NCBI RefSeq assembly: GCF_006345805.1
Contig: NC_043002.1
Span: 97,402,001 to 97,466,000, forward strand
Direction: 5' to 3'
Length of the DNA: 64,000 bases
Origin: Octopus sinensis
Lineage: Eukaryota
Both the position numbers and the translations under genes were made by a program. This document shows positions 27,046 to 39,810 of the stretch, one piece after another; position 1 is the first letter of the stretch; every line of letters starts with the position of its first letter. The notes beneath the pieces were generated by a model, which worked only from the letters and a program-made list of their open reading frames with translations, did not search any database and had not been told where the DNA came from.

Positions 27046-27299
27046 CCATCACACATGTTCCATTTGCTAATAGGAATTAGAGTGTTTTACATTTTTTATA
27101 GACATGTGAGGAATTTCCTATCAGAAATTCTTCAGACAGAGAAATAATATTATTATTAAATATTATTCAATAATAACATTCATTATTAAATAATCTTATT
27201 TAGTTTCTCTGATGATGAATTTTTAATTGGCAATTCCTTACATGTCTGCCTAATATGAAAACTCTGTTATTTCTATTGGTAAATCAAACATGTGTAATG
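27046..27299. pseudogene. Head-to-head pair of decayed hammerheads, same family as 24547-24641
   Basis: The minus copy (27046-27139) reads CTGAAGA...GGAAC-ATGT-GTG. The plus copy (27207-27299) reads ATGATGA...CAAAC-ATGT-GTA-ATGG. Confidence 0.55.
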
Positions 27300-27350
27300 G
27301 TCAATAAATAATACAAATAAATTTTCCAGCTTCATGTTTTGCGATATATA

Positions 27351-27803
27351 CAGGAGTGGCTGTGTGGTAAGTAGCTTGCTTACCAACCACATGGTTCCGG
27401 GTTCAGTCCTACTGCGTGGCACCTGGGGCAAATAGCTTCTACTATTGCCTCGGGCCGACCAAAGCCTTGTGAGTGGATTTGGTAGACCGAAACGGACAGA
27501 AATCCGTCATATATATATATATATATATTATAATATATATATATATATATATATGTGTGGTGTGTGTGTGTGTGTATATATGTATGTGTGTGTATATGTT
27601 TGTGTGTCTGAGTCCCCCCCCCAACATCGCTTTACAACCGATGCTGATGTTTTACGTCTCCCGTAACAGCGGTTCAGCAAAAAGAGACCGATAGAATAAG
27701 TACTAGGCTTCCAAAGAATAAGTCCTGGGGTCGATTTGCTCGACTAAAGGCGGTGCTCCAGCATGGCCGCAGTCAAATGATTCAAACAAGTAAAAGAGTA
27801 AAA

Positions 27804-27805
<2 letters not shown>
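27351..27805 (+). mobile_element. SINE-A, full copy with internal (TA)n/(TG)n
   Basis: Head GTGGCTGTGTGGTAAGTAGCTTGC and tail GAAACAAGTAAAAGAGTAAAAG. Confidence 0.9.
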
Positions 27806-27848
<43 letters not shown>

Positions 27849-27981
27849 TATATACATATAATTTAACAATTAAGGATACCTCTAATAGGAATAAGGATCT
27901 TAACAAGAATTATCAGGTAGATAGCGTGAAAAACCTCATAAGAGAAAAAATTTCGAATAATTTTTCCTTTGAACATATTAA

Positions 27982-28129
27982 TTTATATTATATAGAGGGC
28001 ATTATTACACATAAATGCCTCACACTAAGAGGGACATAAGTAATTTCTACAAAACTTTTTGGTAAAATGACTTATGTCCCTCTTAGTGTGAGGCATTTAT
28101 GTGTAATAATGCCATCTATATAATATAAA
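27982..28129. repeat. Fold-back inverted repeat: 60-bp arms, 28-bp spacer, 1 mismatch
   Basis: 27982-28041 is the reverse complement of 28070-28129. Confidence 0.95.
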
Positions 28130-28174
28130 ATATTATACTATACATATATACATATTATATATGTATGTTGTATG

Positions 28175-28214
<40 letters not shown>

Positions 28215-28263
28215 TATATATATATATATATAGATATATATATATATATATAATATGCATGTG

Positions 28264-28645
28264 GAGGAGCAATGGCCCAGTGGTTAGGGTAGCGGGTCGC
28301 GGTCATAGGATCGCAGTTTCGATTCCCAGACGAGGCGTTGTGAGTGTTATAGAGAGCAAAAACACCTAAAGTTCCACGAGGGTCCGGCAGGAGATGGTGG
28401 CAAACCTTGCTGTACTGTTTCACCACAACTTTCTCTCACTCTTACTTCCTCTTTCTGTTGTGCCTGTATTTCAAAGGGCCAGCCTTGTCCCACCCTGTGA
28501 CGCTCTGAATATCCCCGAGAACTACGTTAAGGGTACACGTGTCTGTGGCGTGCTCGGCCACGTACACGTTAATTTCACGAGCGCAGGCTGTTCCGTTGAT
28601 CGGATCAACTGAAACCCTCGTCGTCGTAAGAGACGAAGTGCCAAC
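28264..28645 (+). mobile_element. SINE-C with tail type 1
   Basis: tRNA-like head GCAATGGCCCAGTGGTTAGGG...GTTTCGATTCCC and tail ...CCCTCGTCGTCGTAA..GACG.AGTGCC. Confidence 0.9.
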
Positions 28646-29174
28646 AAATATCCATGCATAGATACATATACATGTCTGTATATACATATATTTAAGTACG
28701 TATGTGTGTGTTTGTGTCTTTGTATCTGCACGTCTTCGTATCTGAGTTTTACCCCCACACCACTTGACGACCGGTGTTGGTTTGTTTACGTCCACTTGGC
28801 AGTTTGGTAAATGACAACGATGCAGTAAGAGTCAAATTCAGAAAATAAAAGCTAAAGGGAATTTTTTTCGATTAAAACTCTTCAAATTTGTGCCCCAGCA
28901 TGGCCGCAGTCCAAGGAATGATTCAAGTAAAGATATGGCCACGTAAATGATATGGCTATTTTTCTGCACCATAAATGTATAAACAAGATGGAGTTTTTAA
29001 CATCAACTACATAGCAATCGTTGATTTGAGACGTCTAGTATGTCATGCCGCTTCTACAAAAGATAATTACTAAAATGTTGCCACATAGCCCTGGCCTACG
29101 AAATTTTATATTTATTTTCATTTTCAAACTTGTAGCATTCTTTATTGAATTCTGATGCTTTTACGCTTTTTCTC

Positions 29175-29209
<35 letters not shown>

Positions 29210-29844
29210 TTCAATCTCTTCTGTAAAGAGAATGTGTTGACCTTCAAACTTTACAAATGTTTGCAAGAAATTATGTTCTTTTATGTTTTGAAATACATTG
29301 AATATATCTTGGTACCTTCCATTTTCCCATATTATGAGGTTCTATTAATTATTACATTTGCGTTTGTGTAATTTATCGACCGAGAAGAGAAGCGTGCAAT
29401 GAAATAATTACGATAACTGCCATACTTAACGATGTTAACAGCAACATGAGCTCATGTCCAATGTTATATGCAACAATGTGTTGTTATATATTCACTCCGG
29501 CATTAGCCAATTAGTTCACTTAACGATTAGCAAATATAATATTTAAGAGGTTCATTATTTCAATTACTTTATCACTGACTGTTGAAACAATTGGTGCAAA
29601 ATTCTATGGTTAATTGCCTGTCTGAAACGTCTACTGTATACTTTAAAGGTAACTCACAGATATTTAGCATGGCAACTTATTTTGTCACTTAAATACAGAT
29701 ATAGATGGAACGTCAGTCCTATCTTTGATGTTGGACAATGCTTCACTGACGTCTATCCTTGTCAAAACCGCTTTTCATCTCTTTATCTTTCGTAGTTTCT
29801 CTCCCTCAATTAATCAATTAATATAAACATATATGTATGTATGC

Positions 29845-29877
<33 letters not shown>

Positions 29878-29892
29878 TGTATGTATGTACGT

Positions 29893-30054
29893 GTGGCTGT
29901 GTGGTAAGTAGCTTGCTAACCAACCACATGGTTCCGGGTTCGGTCCCACTGCGTGGCATCTTGGGCAAGTGTCTTCTGCTATAGCCCCGGGCCGACCAAT
30001 GCCTTGTGAGTGGATTTGGTAGACGGAAACTGAAAGAAGCCTGTCGTATATATG

Positions 30055-30086
<32 letters not shown>

Positions 30087-30283
30087 ATTGTGTGTCTGTG
30101 TTTGTCCCCTAGCATTGCTTGACAACTGATGCTGGTGTGTTTACGTCCCCGTTACTTAGCGGTTCGGCAAAAGAGACCGATAGAATAAGTACTGGGCTTA
30201 CAATGAATAAGTCCCGGGGTCGATTTGCTCGACTAAAGGCGGTGCTTCAGCATGGCCGCAGTCAAATGACTGAAACAAGTAAA

Positions 30284-30290
<7 letters not shown>
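29893..30290 (+). mobile_element. SINE-A, full copy
   Basis: Same head, internal microsatellite and tail as the other SINE-A copies. Confidence 0.9.
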
Positions 30291-30314
<24 letters not shown>

Positions 30315-30784
30315 TGGATGTGAATGTGTATGTACACACATACAGCTGTGTGTGTGTACACATACATATATACACCATCATGCTGGAAGAAACCTCGTAG
30401 CATGTCCTGCACCAGATGGATGGACATGATTAAGGAAGATTGCCGCATGTTCGATGTTACCTTGGAAGATGCAGATGGGCTGTCATGGGAACGGTCAGCG
30501 AGAGAGAATATATAAATACATACACACACATATATATGAAAAATATATACACATACACACATACATGTATGTATGTGTGGGAGCATATATACAGTGGGGG
30601 GAAATAAATATTCGTGCATGTCAAAATTCTTTATTTATTTAACTTCTAATGAACATAAACGAGATATACCGATACTGTATTTGCATACACATGTATAAAT
30701 TGAGAATATGCAAAAGAAACTAATAAATTATAGTAACTAAGGAATTTATATTCAATTATAAATATTTAGAGGTGAAAAAAGTAT

Positions 30785-30821
<37 letters not shown>

Positions 30822-30824
30822 TTA

Positions 30825-30858
<34 letters not shown>

Positions 30859-30866
30859 CATATATA

Positions 30867-30920
30867 CAGTGGGGAGGAATAAATATTCGTACATTTACGA
30901 TATTTATTTCCCCCCACTTG
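30867..30920. mobile_element. 54-bp Tc1-type mini-MITE; a further TIR copy lies at 30592
   Basis: TA-CAGTGGGGAGGAATAAATAT...ATATTTATTTCCCCCCACTTG-TA. Confidence 0.65.
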
Positions 30921-30996
30921 TAGATATGGCTATCTATATATATATGTATATATAATATATATATATATATGTATTGTGTGTGTGTGTGCTTAAGAC

Positions 30997-31392
30997 GGCG
31001 AGCTGGCAGAAACGTTAGCACGCGGGCGAAATGCGTTGCCGCATTTCGTCTGCCGTTATGGTCTGAGTTCAAATTCCGTCGAGGTCAACTTTGCCTTTCA
31101 TCCATTCGGGGTCGATAAATTAAGTACCAGGTACGCACTGGGGTCGATATAATCGACTTAATCTGTCTGTCTATCCTTGTTTGTCTACTCTGTGTTTAGC
31201 CCCTTGTGGGTTGTAAAGAAATAGGTATTTCGTCTGCCGTTACGTTCTGAGTTCAGATTCCGCCGAGGTCGACTTTGCCTTTCATCCTTTCGGAGTCGAT
31301 GAATAAAGTATCAGTTACGCACTGGAGTCGATGTAATCGACTTAGTCCTTTTTGTCCCCACTATGTTTAGCCCCTTGTGGGCAATAAAGAAA
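30997..31392 (+). mobile_element. SINE-B dimer
   Basis: Head plus two body+tail units joined at GAAATAG/GTATTTCG. Confidence 0.9.
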
Positions 31393-31430
31393 CATATATA
31401 TATATGTTTTACTGAGAAGGCTGGTGTATG

Positions 31431-31488
31431 GGATAACCCTGGGTTTCTTATCCAAAAATGTTTAACTTTATGGCGTATCGTCAGACCC
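31431..31488 (-). ncRNA. Hammerhead-like fold with degraded stem II
   Basis: GGGT-CTGACGA-TACGCCA...TGGATAA-GAAAC-CCAGG-GTT^-ATCC. An inverted partial copy lies at about 31555-31582. Confidence 0.45.
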
Positions 31489-31647
31489 TAAACACCTATT
31501 GGCTTAAGACCTCATCGAAATATCTTGATGAGGTCTTACGCTGACAGTTTTTTGGCGTTTGACGATACACCATGAAGTTAAAACCTTAGAGTGTGCTTTT
31601 TCTCCGGATTCATGTTTTCTATAAACGATTAAATATATATATATATA

Positions 31648-31724
<77 letters not shown>

Positions 31725-32234
31725 AGAAAAAGGGACAGGCAAACAGGTTGCTTGACCGCATACCGAAAAAATAGAATAGCAGTCAAGAATGCTTATTTCT
31801 ATCAAAGTTGGACTCCGGGCATGACAGACCCTGCAATTCACATATGCAAAACAGAAGGAATAGATAACGAATACGAAGTCTGGCGATTATCTGTGAACAT
31901 CATGTTTCTGGATTATAAATATATTGAATATATATTCCATATATATTTTTGATATATATTTCATATACACTGCATATATATTTCACATCCTTCTTCAGCA
32001 CAGCTTTCCATTGAAAAAGATTTATCATAGATTTATCAATGCTACGTACCTCAAACCTTCTGACCATGCACATCAAAATATTTGAAGAAAGTGAGCAAAA
32101 GCTAAACCTACATAGACGTTTGAATTCATAAATCTTCCCTCCAAATTTTGCCATGCGCATTACAAAAATAGTTCCATAAGATGGGGAACAATTAGGTTGT
32201 CAAAGGGAGTGAAAAATCCAAATAGTAATGTAAT

Positions 32235-32504
32235 AATAAGAGTAAATAATTTCTATAAAGGCTTTTAAAAAAAACCCAATTATTTACTGGTAGAATTCGG
32301 TATGTAAATATAGCCGATTACCGGCAGGAACTTCTGTTTTGCCTGTTTTGCAACCTGTTTTGCCTGTCCCTTTTCTTATATACAATATATATACTGAACT
32401 TTACAGAAGTTCCTGCCGGTAATCGGCTATATTTACATACCGAATTCTACAGTAAATAATTGGGTTTTTTTTAAAAGCCTTTATAAAAATTATTTACTCT
32501 TATT
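32235..32504. repeat. Fold-back inverted repeat: about 102-bp arms, 66-bp spacer
   Basis: 32235-32336 matches 32403-32504 with 2 differences. Part of the spacer (about 32350-32377) is the reverse complement of about 31723-31750. Confidence 0.95.
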
Positions 32505-32506
32505 TT

Positions 32507-32563
<57 letters not shown>

Positions 32564-32608
32564 ATATATATATATATTATATATGTATTATATATATTAT
32601 ATATATAT

Positions 32609-32644
<36 letters not shown>

Positions 32645-32711
32645 ATATTGTATATGTATATGTATGTATGTATATATGGAGCCTTGACTTGGCGAAAAAG
32701 AACAATCGACG

Positions 32712-32999
32712 ATGAAAGAATCACTTGCAATCTTTAGCAGAGAGAAGGTATTCATTCTTATATTATTTACCTGTATCCCTATTTTGATTAATTTATTTGG
32801 CCAGGATATCGTAAACTTCAATATAATTAGGGGAGATATACTAATCTCAATCTGGACAATTATGGGAATTTGCTCGGCTCCCATCGGGGGTAATTTATCA
32901 TCGATAAAGCTAAACTTCCTCTCAAATAAAAATAGTAGTTATACACAAAAGAAATATTTCAGCTGTCTGCAACGAATATACGGAGAATATTCGCTATAA
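32712..32999 (+). pseudogene. Possible decayed PLE reverse-transcriptase fragment
   Basis: DIVNFNIIRGDILISIWTIMGICSAPIGGNL resembles the RT motif B' region NxFxFxGxxYxQxxGxxMGxxxAPxxANL. No clear YxDD follows. Confidence 0.35.
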
Positions 33000-33179
33000 T
33001 TTCTTATTTATCATTCTTGAAAGCAGGAAGGACTATAATTTCCTGTAAGTTTAATAAAGAATCTTCTAACTTCTAAATATAGCCTATCACATGTAGGACA
33101 AGACTCCAGTTTAAGTAAACAATATTCTCTCAAACAAGCACAGCGTTCTCCCTTACATTGACAAACTTACTCATTTTAA

Positions 33180-33221
33180 AATACATATATATATATGTAT
33201 ATTGGTATGTATATATATATA

Positions 33222-33289
<68 letters not shown>

Positions 33290-33364
33290 GTATATATGTA
33301 TATATATATATGTGTATGTATATGTATATATTATATATATGTGTATGTATATATATATATCTAT

Positions 33365-33414
<50 letters not shown>

Positions 33415-33614
33415 TATAATATGTATATATATATTGTATATGTATATATATATGTGTATGTATATTATATATTATATATATTTGTATGTATTATATATAT
33501 AATATAGTATATATATTATATATAGCCTATATATATGTCATGTATATATATATATATATATATACTATATATATATGTACATGTATATATATATATAATA
33601 TATATATATATATA

Positions 33615-33645
<31 letters not shown>

Positions 33646-33710
33646 TACATATTATATTATATACATATATATATATATATTATAATTATATATATATATA
33701 TTATATATAT
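33180..33710. repeat. About 530-bp compound (TA)n/(TATG)n tract
   Basis: Read directly from the sequence. Confidence 0.95.
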
Positions 33711-33977
33711 TATATAAAAGGGCTTAGTAAAATAAATTACTTTGCCGCATACTGAACTCGTTAGAAATAGCAGCTAAAAAAACTTTTTATAAAACTATTT
33801 CTAACACTTAAAGAAAACCTCTCTCATATAGTGTTTGCTCAAATTGAGCAAACACTATATGAGAGAGGTTTTCTTTAAGTGTTAGAAATAGTTTTATAAA
33901 AAGTTTTTTTAGCTGCTATTTCTAACGAGTTCAGTATGCGGCAAAGTAATTTATTTTACTAAGCCCTTTTATATAAT
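33709..33977. repeat. Perfect palindrome: 134-bp arms, 1-nt centre (33843)
   Basis: Checked base by base. No mismatch was found between 33709-33842 and 33844-33977. Confidence 0.95.
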
Positions 33978-34069
33978 GTAACAATTTGAATTCGCCTTAA
34001 ATGGTCCCTTTGCATACTGAATACTTGGTGAAATTGATTAATTAATTAATTAATTTTACCCTCAATTGT

Positions 34070-34106
<37 letters not shown>

Positions 34107-34108
<2 letters not shown>

Positions 34109-34365
34109 AAGCGCAATGGCCCAGTGGACGGAGGATCGTGGTTTCGATTCCCAGACCGGGTGTTTTATGTGTTTATTAAAAGAAAACATAAAATCTCCTC
34201 GAGATTCCGGCAGGGAGTAGTGGCGACCTCTGTTGTACTCTTTCGCCACAACTTTCTCTCACTCTCTTTTACTGTTTCTTGAGTGACGCTGCGGGGGAAC
34301 ACATACGCCACAGAAACCGGGAAACCGGGCCCATGAACCTGGCTAAACTTGAAAAGGGCGACATT
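34107..34365 (+). mobile_element. SINE-C head and core with tail type 2
   Basis: Core CCACAACTTTCTCTCACTC is followed by GCCACAGAAACCGGGAAACCGGGCCCATGAACCTGGCT. Confidence 0.75.
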
Positions 34366-35007
34366 TCGTTATCATTATCAATATCTATAAATCTGAAATG
34401 TGAAAAGTTTGTTTGTCTGGTTTTGGTATTGGAACGGGTTAAAGGTAACTAGATCCCGTCGGCTTGATTCCGGAATTTACAGGGACGTGTAAAATGAGGT
34501 GAGGATGTGAGTGGGCTAGGTTAGAAATTTTACAAGGTGTGGTTACTAGGGCAAAAATCGCACACTTTGACAAGTCTTCTCTCATTCTCTTATCTGCCTG
34601 TCTTAATCCTCTCCCTCTCTCTCTCTCTCTCTTTCCTCCCTTCCTTTCACATTCTCTCCATAACGTCTCTTGACAACGTCTACTATCTTTCTCCCGCCGC
34701 CTTCACTCTTTCTCCCACATCCCCCCTCTCTCTCTCTCTACTTCTGTCTGCATTCATAGAGAGAATTATTATCGCCACAACCACCTCACAATCATGAGAA
34801 CAAATATTATGAATCAGAATTATTATGAATCCCTTTATCTATCTATCTCCCATTTATAAACAACAAAAGATCTTGAGTAAGTTGAGAAAGAAAAAATAGT
34901 TTGAAAGAGCAATCATAAATATCAGGCAGTGACAACGGAAAGGTCTGCTTATATATATATATATACGTGCGTACGTATATATATCATGTGTGTGTGTATG
35001 TGTGGTG

Positions 35008-35038
<31 letters not shown>

Positions 35039-35355
35039 TGTGTGTGTGTGTGTGTGTGTTCATCATCCTAAATACACTAGTGTATTATTTTTGCATTATT
35101 TAATATTTTGCGAGCAGTGTATTTTTTAATAAATCACATCTTTCGTACGTCCAGTGTTATATTCACTTTTAGGGCAAAGGAAATTAATACATTTCAAACT
35201 TATTTTATTTCACTTTTCGTTCTTCGTTGCTAATCCGTTCATCATAATTGCATTGCACATATCTATTTTGCCATCAGGTGATTTATATAAAATCAACAGC
35301 AGTGATTCGCTCACAGAATATCAACTGAATCACTCAATATATAATTATATATATA

Positions 35356-35384
<29 letters not shown>

Positions 35385-35454
<70 letters not shown>

Positions 35455-35519
35455 CAGAAACAGACAGACAGACAGATAATAGACAGACAGATAGACAGAC
35501 AGACAGACAGATAGATAGC

Positions 35520-35585
<66 letters not shown>

Positions 35586-35606
35586 GATAGATAGATAGAC
35601 AGACAC

Positions 35607-35697
<91 letters not shown>

Positions 35698-35700
35698 TGT
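35385..35700. repeat. (GATA)n/(GACA)n tract; a similar tract lies at 40372-40715
   Basis: Read directly from the sequence. Confidence 0.95.
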
Positions 35701-35709
35701 ATATACTGC

Positions 35710-35742
<33 letters not shown>

Positions 35743-37321
35743 TGCATTAAATCTAAATTGTGGAATTCTATTTAGATTCGTGCCTATTATTGACAAATAT
35801 GATAAAAAACATGATTTCAAAAGCAATTTTGTGGAGGCGGTTTTCTTGTTATGATTTACATATTTCCATAATTTATTGAATCATTGACAATTCATTGAGG
35901 TACTCACTACTAACATGTCGGAAACAATATACAGATGTTAGAAAACGTCGTTATCAAGTATTATATTTTACAAAGATATCATTGACCGTCAGGATTCTTA
36001 CTTCATTATTCAGGGATATAAAAGACGGCGAGCAGAGGCACGGTGGTTAGCACTAAGGAAAAACGTTTAGCGGCATTTCTTCCTCTTTATGGGGGCGATA
36101 AAATAAGTGCTAAAATGAACGAAGTCTTGTGTCTGTATTAGAAAAGTTATTATTCAGATATATTAAAAAGCGCAGGAAAATGTTTCACATTCTGAGTACG
36201 AATCACTTTTTCTTTCATTCTTTCGGTGTCGATGAAAGATACTACCAGTCAAGTCCTTGATTTGATAATGTCGACTAATTCCCTCTTCTAAAAGTTACTT
36301 ACCCTTTACCTAAATTAAGTACCGCTGTGTCCTTTATATAAATATTTCCATGGTCATTGCTGTGACGAATTTCTAGTCTAGTACTTCAGTTGATAATTTT
36401 AAACGTATCATCCACTTCTCTGTTGAGCTTCCTCTTAGTCATAAGACCTTTTATCTATTATGTTCTTTACTTGAAGATCTGCTTTCTGAAACTGAGAACC
36501 ATCGTCTTGTTTTCCTCTGGTATATGATTTTCAGTCCTTTAAGATTTCATTCAATCGGTATCTTATTCATTTGTTAGTCCTTCTGTCCCTTCTTTATATA
36601 CTCTGTCGTTATTGTGCTCTCAAACCTTGTTTGAGACAAAATGGCATTGAAAAATATCTAAAATATAAAGCGCTGGGTGTGTATAATCGTTAGAGCGTTC
36701 GAAATAAACTATTATAGTATTAATTTTGACGCTTTACATCATGAGTTCGAACCTCAACAAGGTAAAGTTTGTTTCTCCTCCTTCCAGTGGCGATGAAACA
36801 AATGATATTCCCTTCCTCTAAAAAACTGTCGATCTTTTGTCTAAATCAGAAACCTTTATTGAAAGGTAAACACGTTTTTTTTTCTGAAACAAAAGTTTTT
36901 ATTCCTATGTTCCAGCATATAATGGCTTCAAACTTTGGCACAAGGCCTGCAATTTTAGTGGGATAGGGGCAGGTCGCTTACATTGACAGTACTCAACTGG
37001 TACTTATATTTCAACGGCTCCGAAAGTGTTAAAGGCAAGGCCAGCTTAGGTGGGATTCGAACTCAAAACGAAAGGAACCAGAACAAATGCAGCTAACGGT
37101 TTTATCCTGTGTAGTAATGATTCTGCCAGTTCACTGCCTTCGTGTTTCAATACATAACGGTTTCAAGTTTTAGCAAGGGCCTTCATTTGCGGTGGAGTGA
37201 CTAATTCGATTACATTCACCCCAGTGCTTAACTGGTACTTATTTTATCGACCCCGAAAAGAAAATAAGTCGACTGCAGTGAAGTTCGAACTCACTACGCA
37301 AAAAGGAGCGAACGATTTTGG

Positions 37322-37785
37322 GGATCTAATGCGCGAAGCGTAGGGCACCTTAACCAGACATTCGGTTCATCCCACATCACCAATTCTGCTTACCAAAAGT
37401 GGCCCACTTGATACCGCTTATTCACCGCGTTGCAGAGGCTGCGATATACGGCCGCCTTCGAGTTCGAGAGTAGATCGAGGCCGTCAACGTCTCCAGGGCC
37501 TCCAGTCGATCGCTTTACCGGACGGAACTGCGTGTCGTTCCCCCGCTGGCGCCAGCTGTCCTGAGGGAAGCTTCGGAGGCAACCAGCTACTAGACGGCTC
37601 GATTGGTCTTTTGCCCCAACACCCGCTTACGACGATCGATTTGCACGACAGAGCCGCTTCGAACTTCCACCAGACTGGGCGTAGATCGCCATCTTTCGGG
37701 TCTCCGGCCGCTTGCTACACCTGAGTCGGAGTGAGAACGCGATGACGCGCAGAAACGCGATCACGAACGCGCGGACGCGACCAGG
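37322..37785 (-). pseudogene. 28S rRNA fragment (dispersed pseudogene or retrocopy)
   Basis: Antisense LSU signatures TTCTGCTTACCAAAAGTGGCCCACT, CCAGCTGTCCTGAGGGAAGCTTCGGAGGCAACCAGCTACTAGA and CCATCTTTCGGGTC, with substitutions and an apparent deletion. Flanked by GAACGATTTTGG and GAACGATATTGG. Confidence 0.93.
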
Positions 37786-39754
37786 GAACGATATTGGCGG
37801 CTCACCGCCTTAACGTGTTACAATGCATAATGACACTGAAGCGAATATTGTGCCTTACATTATTTTTGTTTTCATATTCAGAGATAAACACATTAAGCAA
37901 TTGAGAATTAATTGTTTTCCCCTGTAATTCATGGGGCTGTTCTTCCAGTTCTCTGTTTATATGACATGTGAATACCCAATGCGTGGCAGTATGAATAAAT
38001 ATACATATGATCCTTCAATTCAAAAACCATGTTCGCGTGTTTTGTAGATTAGTCGTACGGATATACAAAGGAATTTGAATAATATCTGCCAAATATAAGA
38101 CATAAATAAATATTCTCTTTTCATATTAACTGTATTTATACGTATTTCGAAAACGAACAAAATACTTTACACTTGCAATATCTTAATACAAATAATCATT
38201 ATCTGATAATTCTATTGAATAAGATGTAGACAGTAATCTAGTTAGCTTAACTCTGTTGTCTATTATGACATTAACATCGTTATTGCTCCTTAGTGGAAAG
38301 TATATTAACATCTGAATCTACTAGGTTGCAGCTAATATATTCATATGGCTTAAATATTACGCTTCATTAAATAGCTGGTTCTATAGCCTATAATAAATTC
38401 TATCGTTGTATTACAGCCACAGAAATGTCAAATATTTCGTTGTTAGTTTCTTTCACAAAATTTGGTGGAATGTATAGAGCTAAATCTTAATATCTTCCGC
38501 ATAGCAAACATTTAGCATCCATTATTAATAGCATTATAAAGGTTATAAGGATTAGTGGGGGTGACTTTCGTTGACACACTCAAGAAATTTACTCATTAGA
38601 AATAATCTACAAGCATCGGATACTTATTTTGTTGGCACGCTTAAAAGAGAGAAGAGAAATCTTGTTCAACTGTGTCAAACATTTTGGCAAAGTAAAAATA
38701 AAATCAATGATGTTATCAATCAGAATTTCGATTGTTTCAACGTAATCTTGCATTAGAAGAGTTTAAAGCTCCGTTAAGTATGTAATGAATTCTTGTGTAT
38801 TGTTCGTCGAAATGACTCGTCTTAAAATTGTCTGCGATATTCATGAGACAAAACATTGCAGTACTTTAGACATACGAGATCTGAGACAGACAAGTCTATA
38901 ATTATTTCTTTTTTCTTTACTAATTCGCTTTCAACAGATGTTGTAATCATTTCTTACTGTAATATTTGTAGCTTCATAAATGTAGAAAGAAAGGTTTTTA
39001 CTTTCGAGTGTAAACGTTTCTATCGATTCCAGTTTTTATAATTTTGTCTGTGGAACATCAAAGCGAATAAGAGGCGCATTAACATCCCTGTCTGTTGTTA
39101 AGAAAGAGTTAACCTATTGGCTTTCTGCCACTTAAATGAATAACTTTCTTGTATTATTAAATAAAAGTTTACATAATTAAATTTCGAACTAACAAAAGAA
39201 AGCTTTTAGTTCTGCTTTATTTGTTATCCCAAGAGTGGGTTCTTGGCGAGATTAACGAGACCTTTTTTTGTTTCATTACTTTGTTCAACATGAATTTGAG
39301 AACGCGGCCAAATGGTTTACATAAATATCTCTTTGACACTTTTCTGTATTTCATACATTCCGTCGAAATAGATTTTATCACGATTTTGGGTTTTATATAA
39401 TAAAAAAAAAGTGAACCTCCGTTTTAGCAATTGGTAACGGTTTGGGATTTATTTATGCATTAATTGCAAGTTTTATGTTTTCTGTAAATCTCATTCAATA
39501 TTATAAACATATAATAAATACACTTCAAACGTATTTACAATATTTGAAGCTGAAGCAAACTTCTTCAGCAAGTCAAGACGAATAGGAAAACTGTACTTTC
39601 GGAATATCAGGGCTTATTGAGACTTCCTTAGTCGGAAGCGCAGTTGTTCCGTTCAATAATAATTTATGGCTAAAAATAAAAAACATGTGCTATACGTACA
39701 CGTCTATAGATTTATAGATGTGAACGCATGCCACATATTTATTTTTAGTCTGAG

Positions 39755-39810
39755 TTCCACTTGAGCTTGCTTGCGAACTTGAAAAATATCGCAAGCAAAC
39801 TCAAGTGGAA
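39755..39810. other. Isolated hairpin of pre-miRNA size
   Basis: TTCCACTTGAG-C-TTGCTTGCGA / TCGCAAGCAA-A-CTCAAGTGGAA: 21 bp with 1 mismatch and a 12-nt loop. Confidence 0.3.

Noticed and set aside
33158-33717. ORFs of IY/YI, THTH, LSIY, ERER and similar repeats throughout the track
   Set aside because: These are translations of microsatellites that lack stop codons.
37322-37785. Functional rDNA unit
   Set aside because: It is a short isolated fragment with substitutions in conserved positions and no adjoining rDNA.
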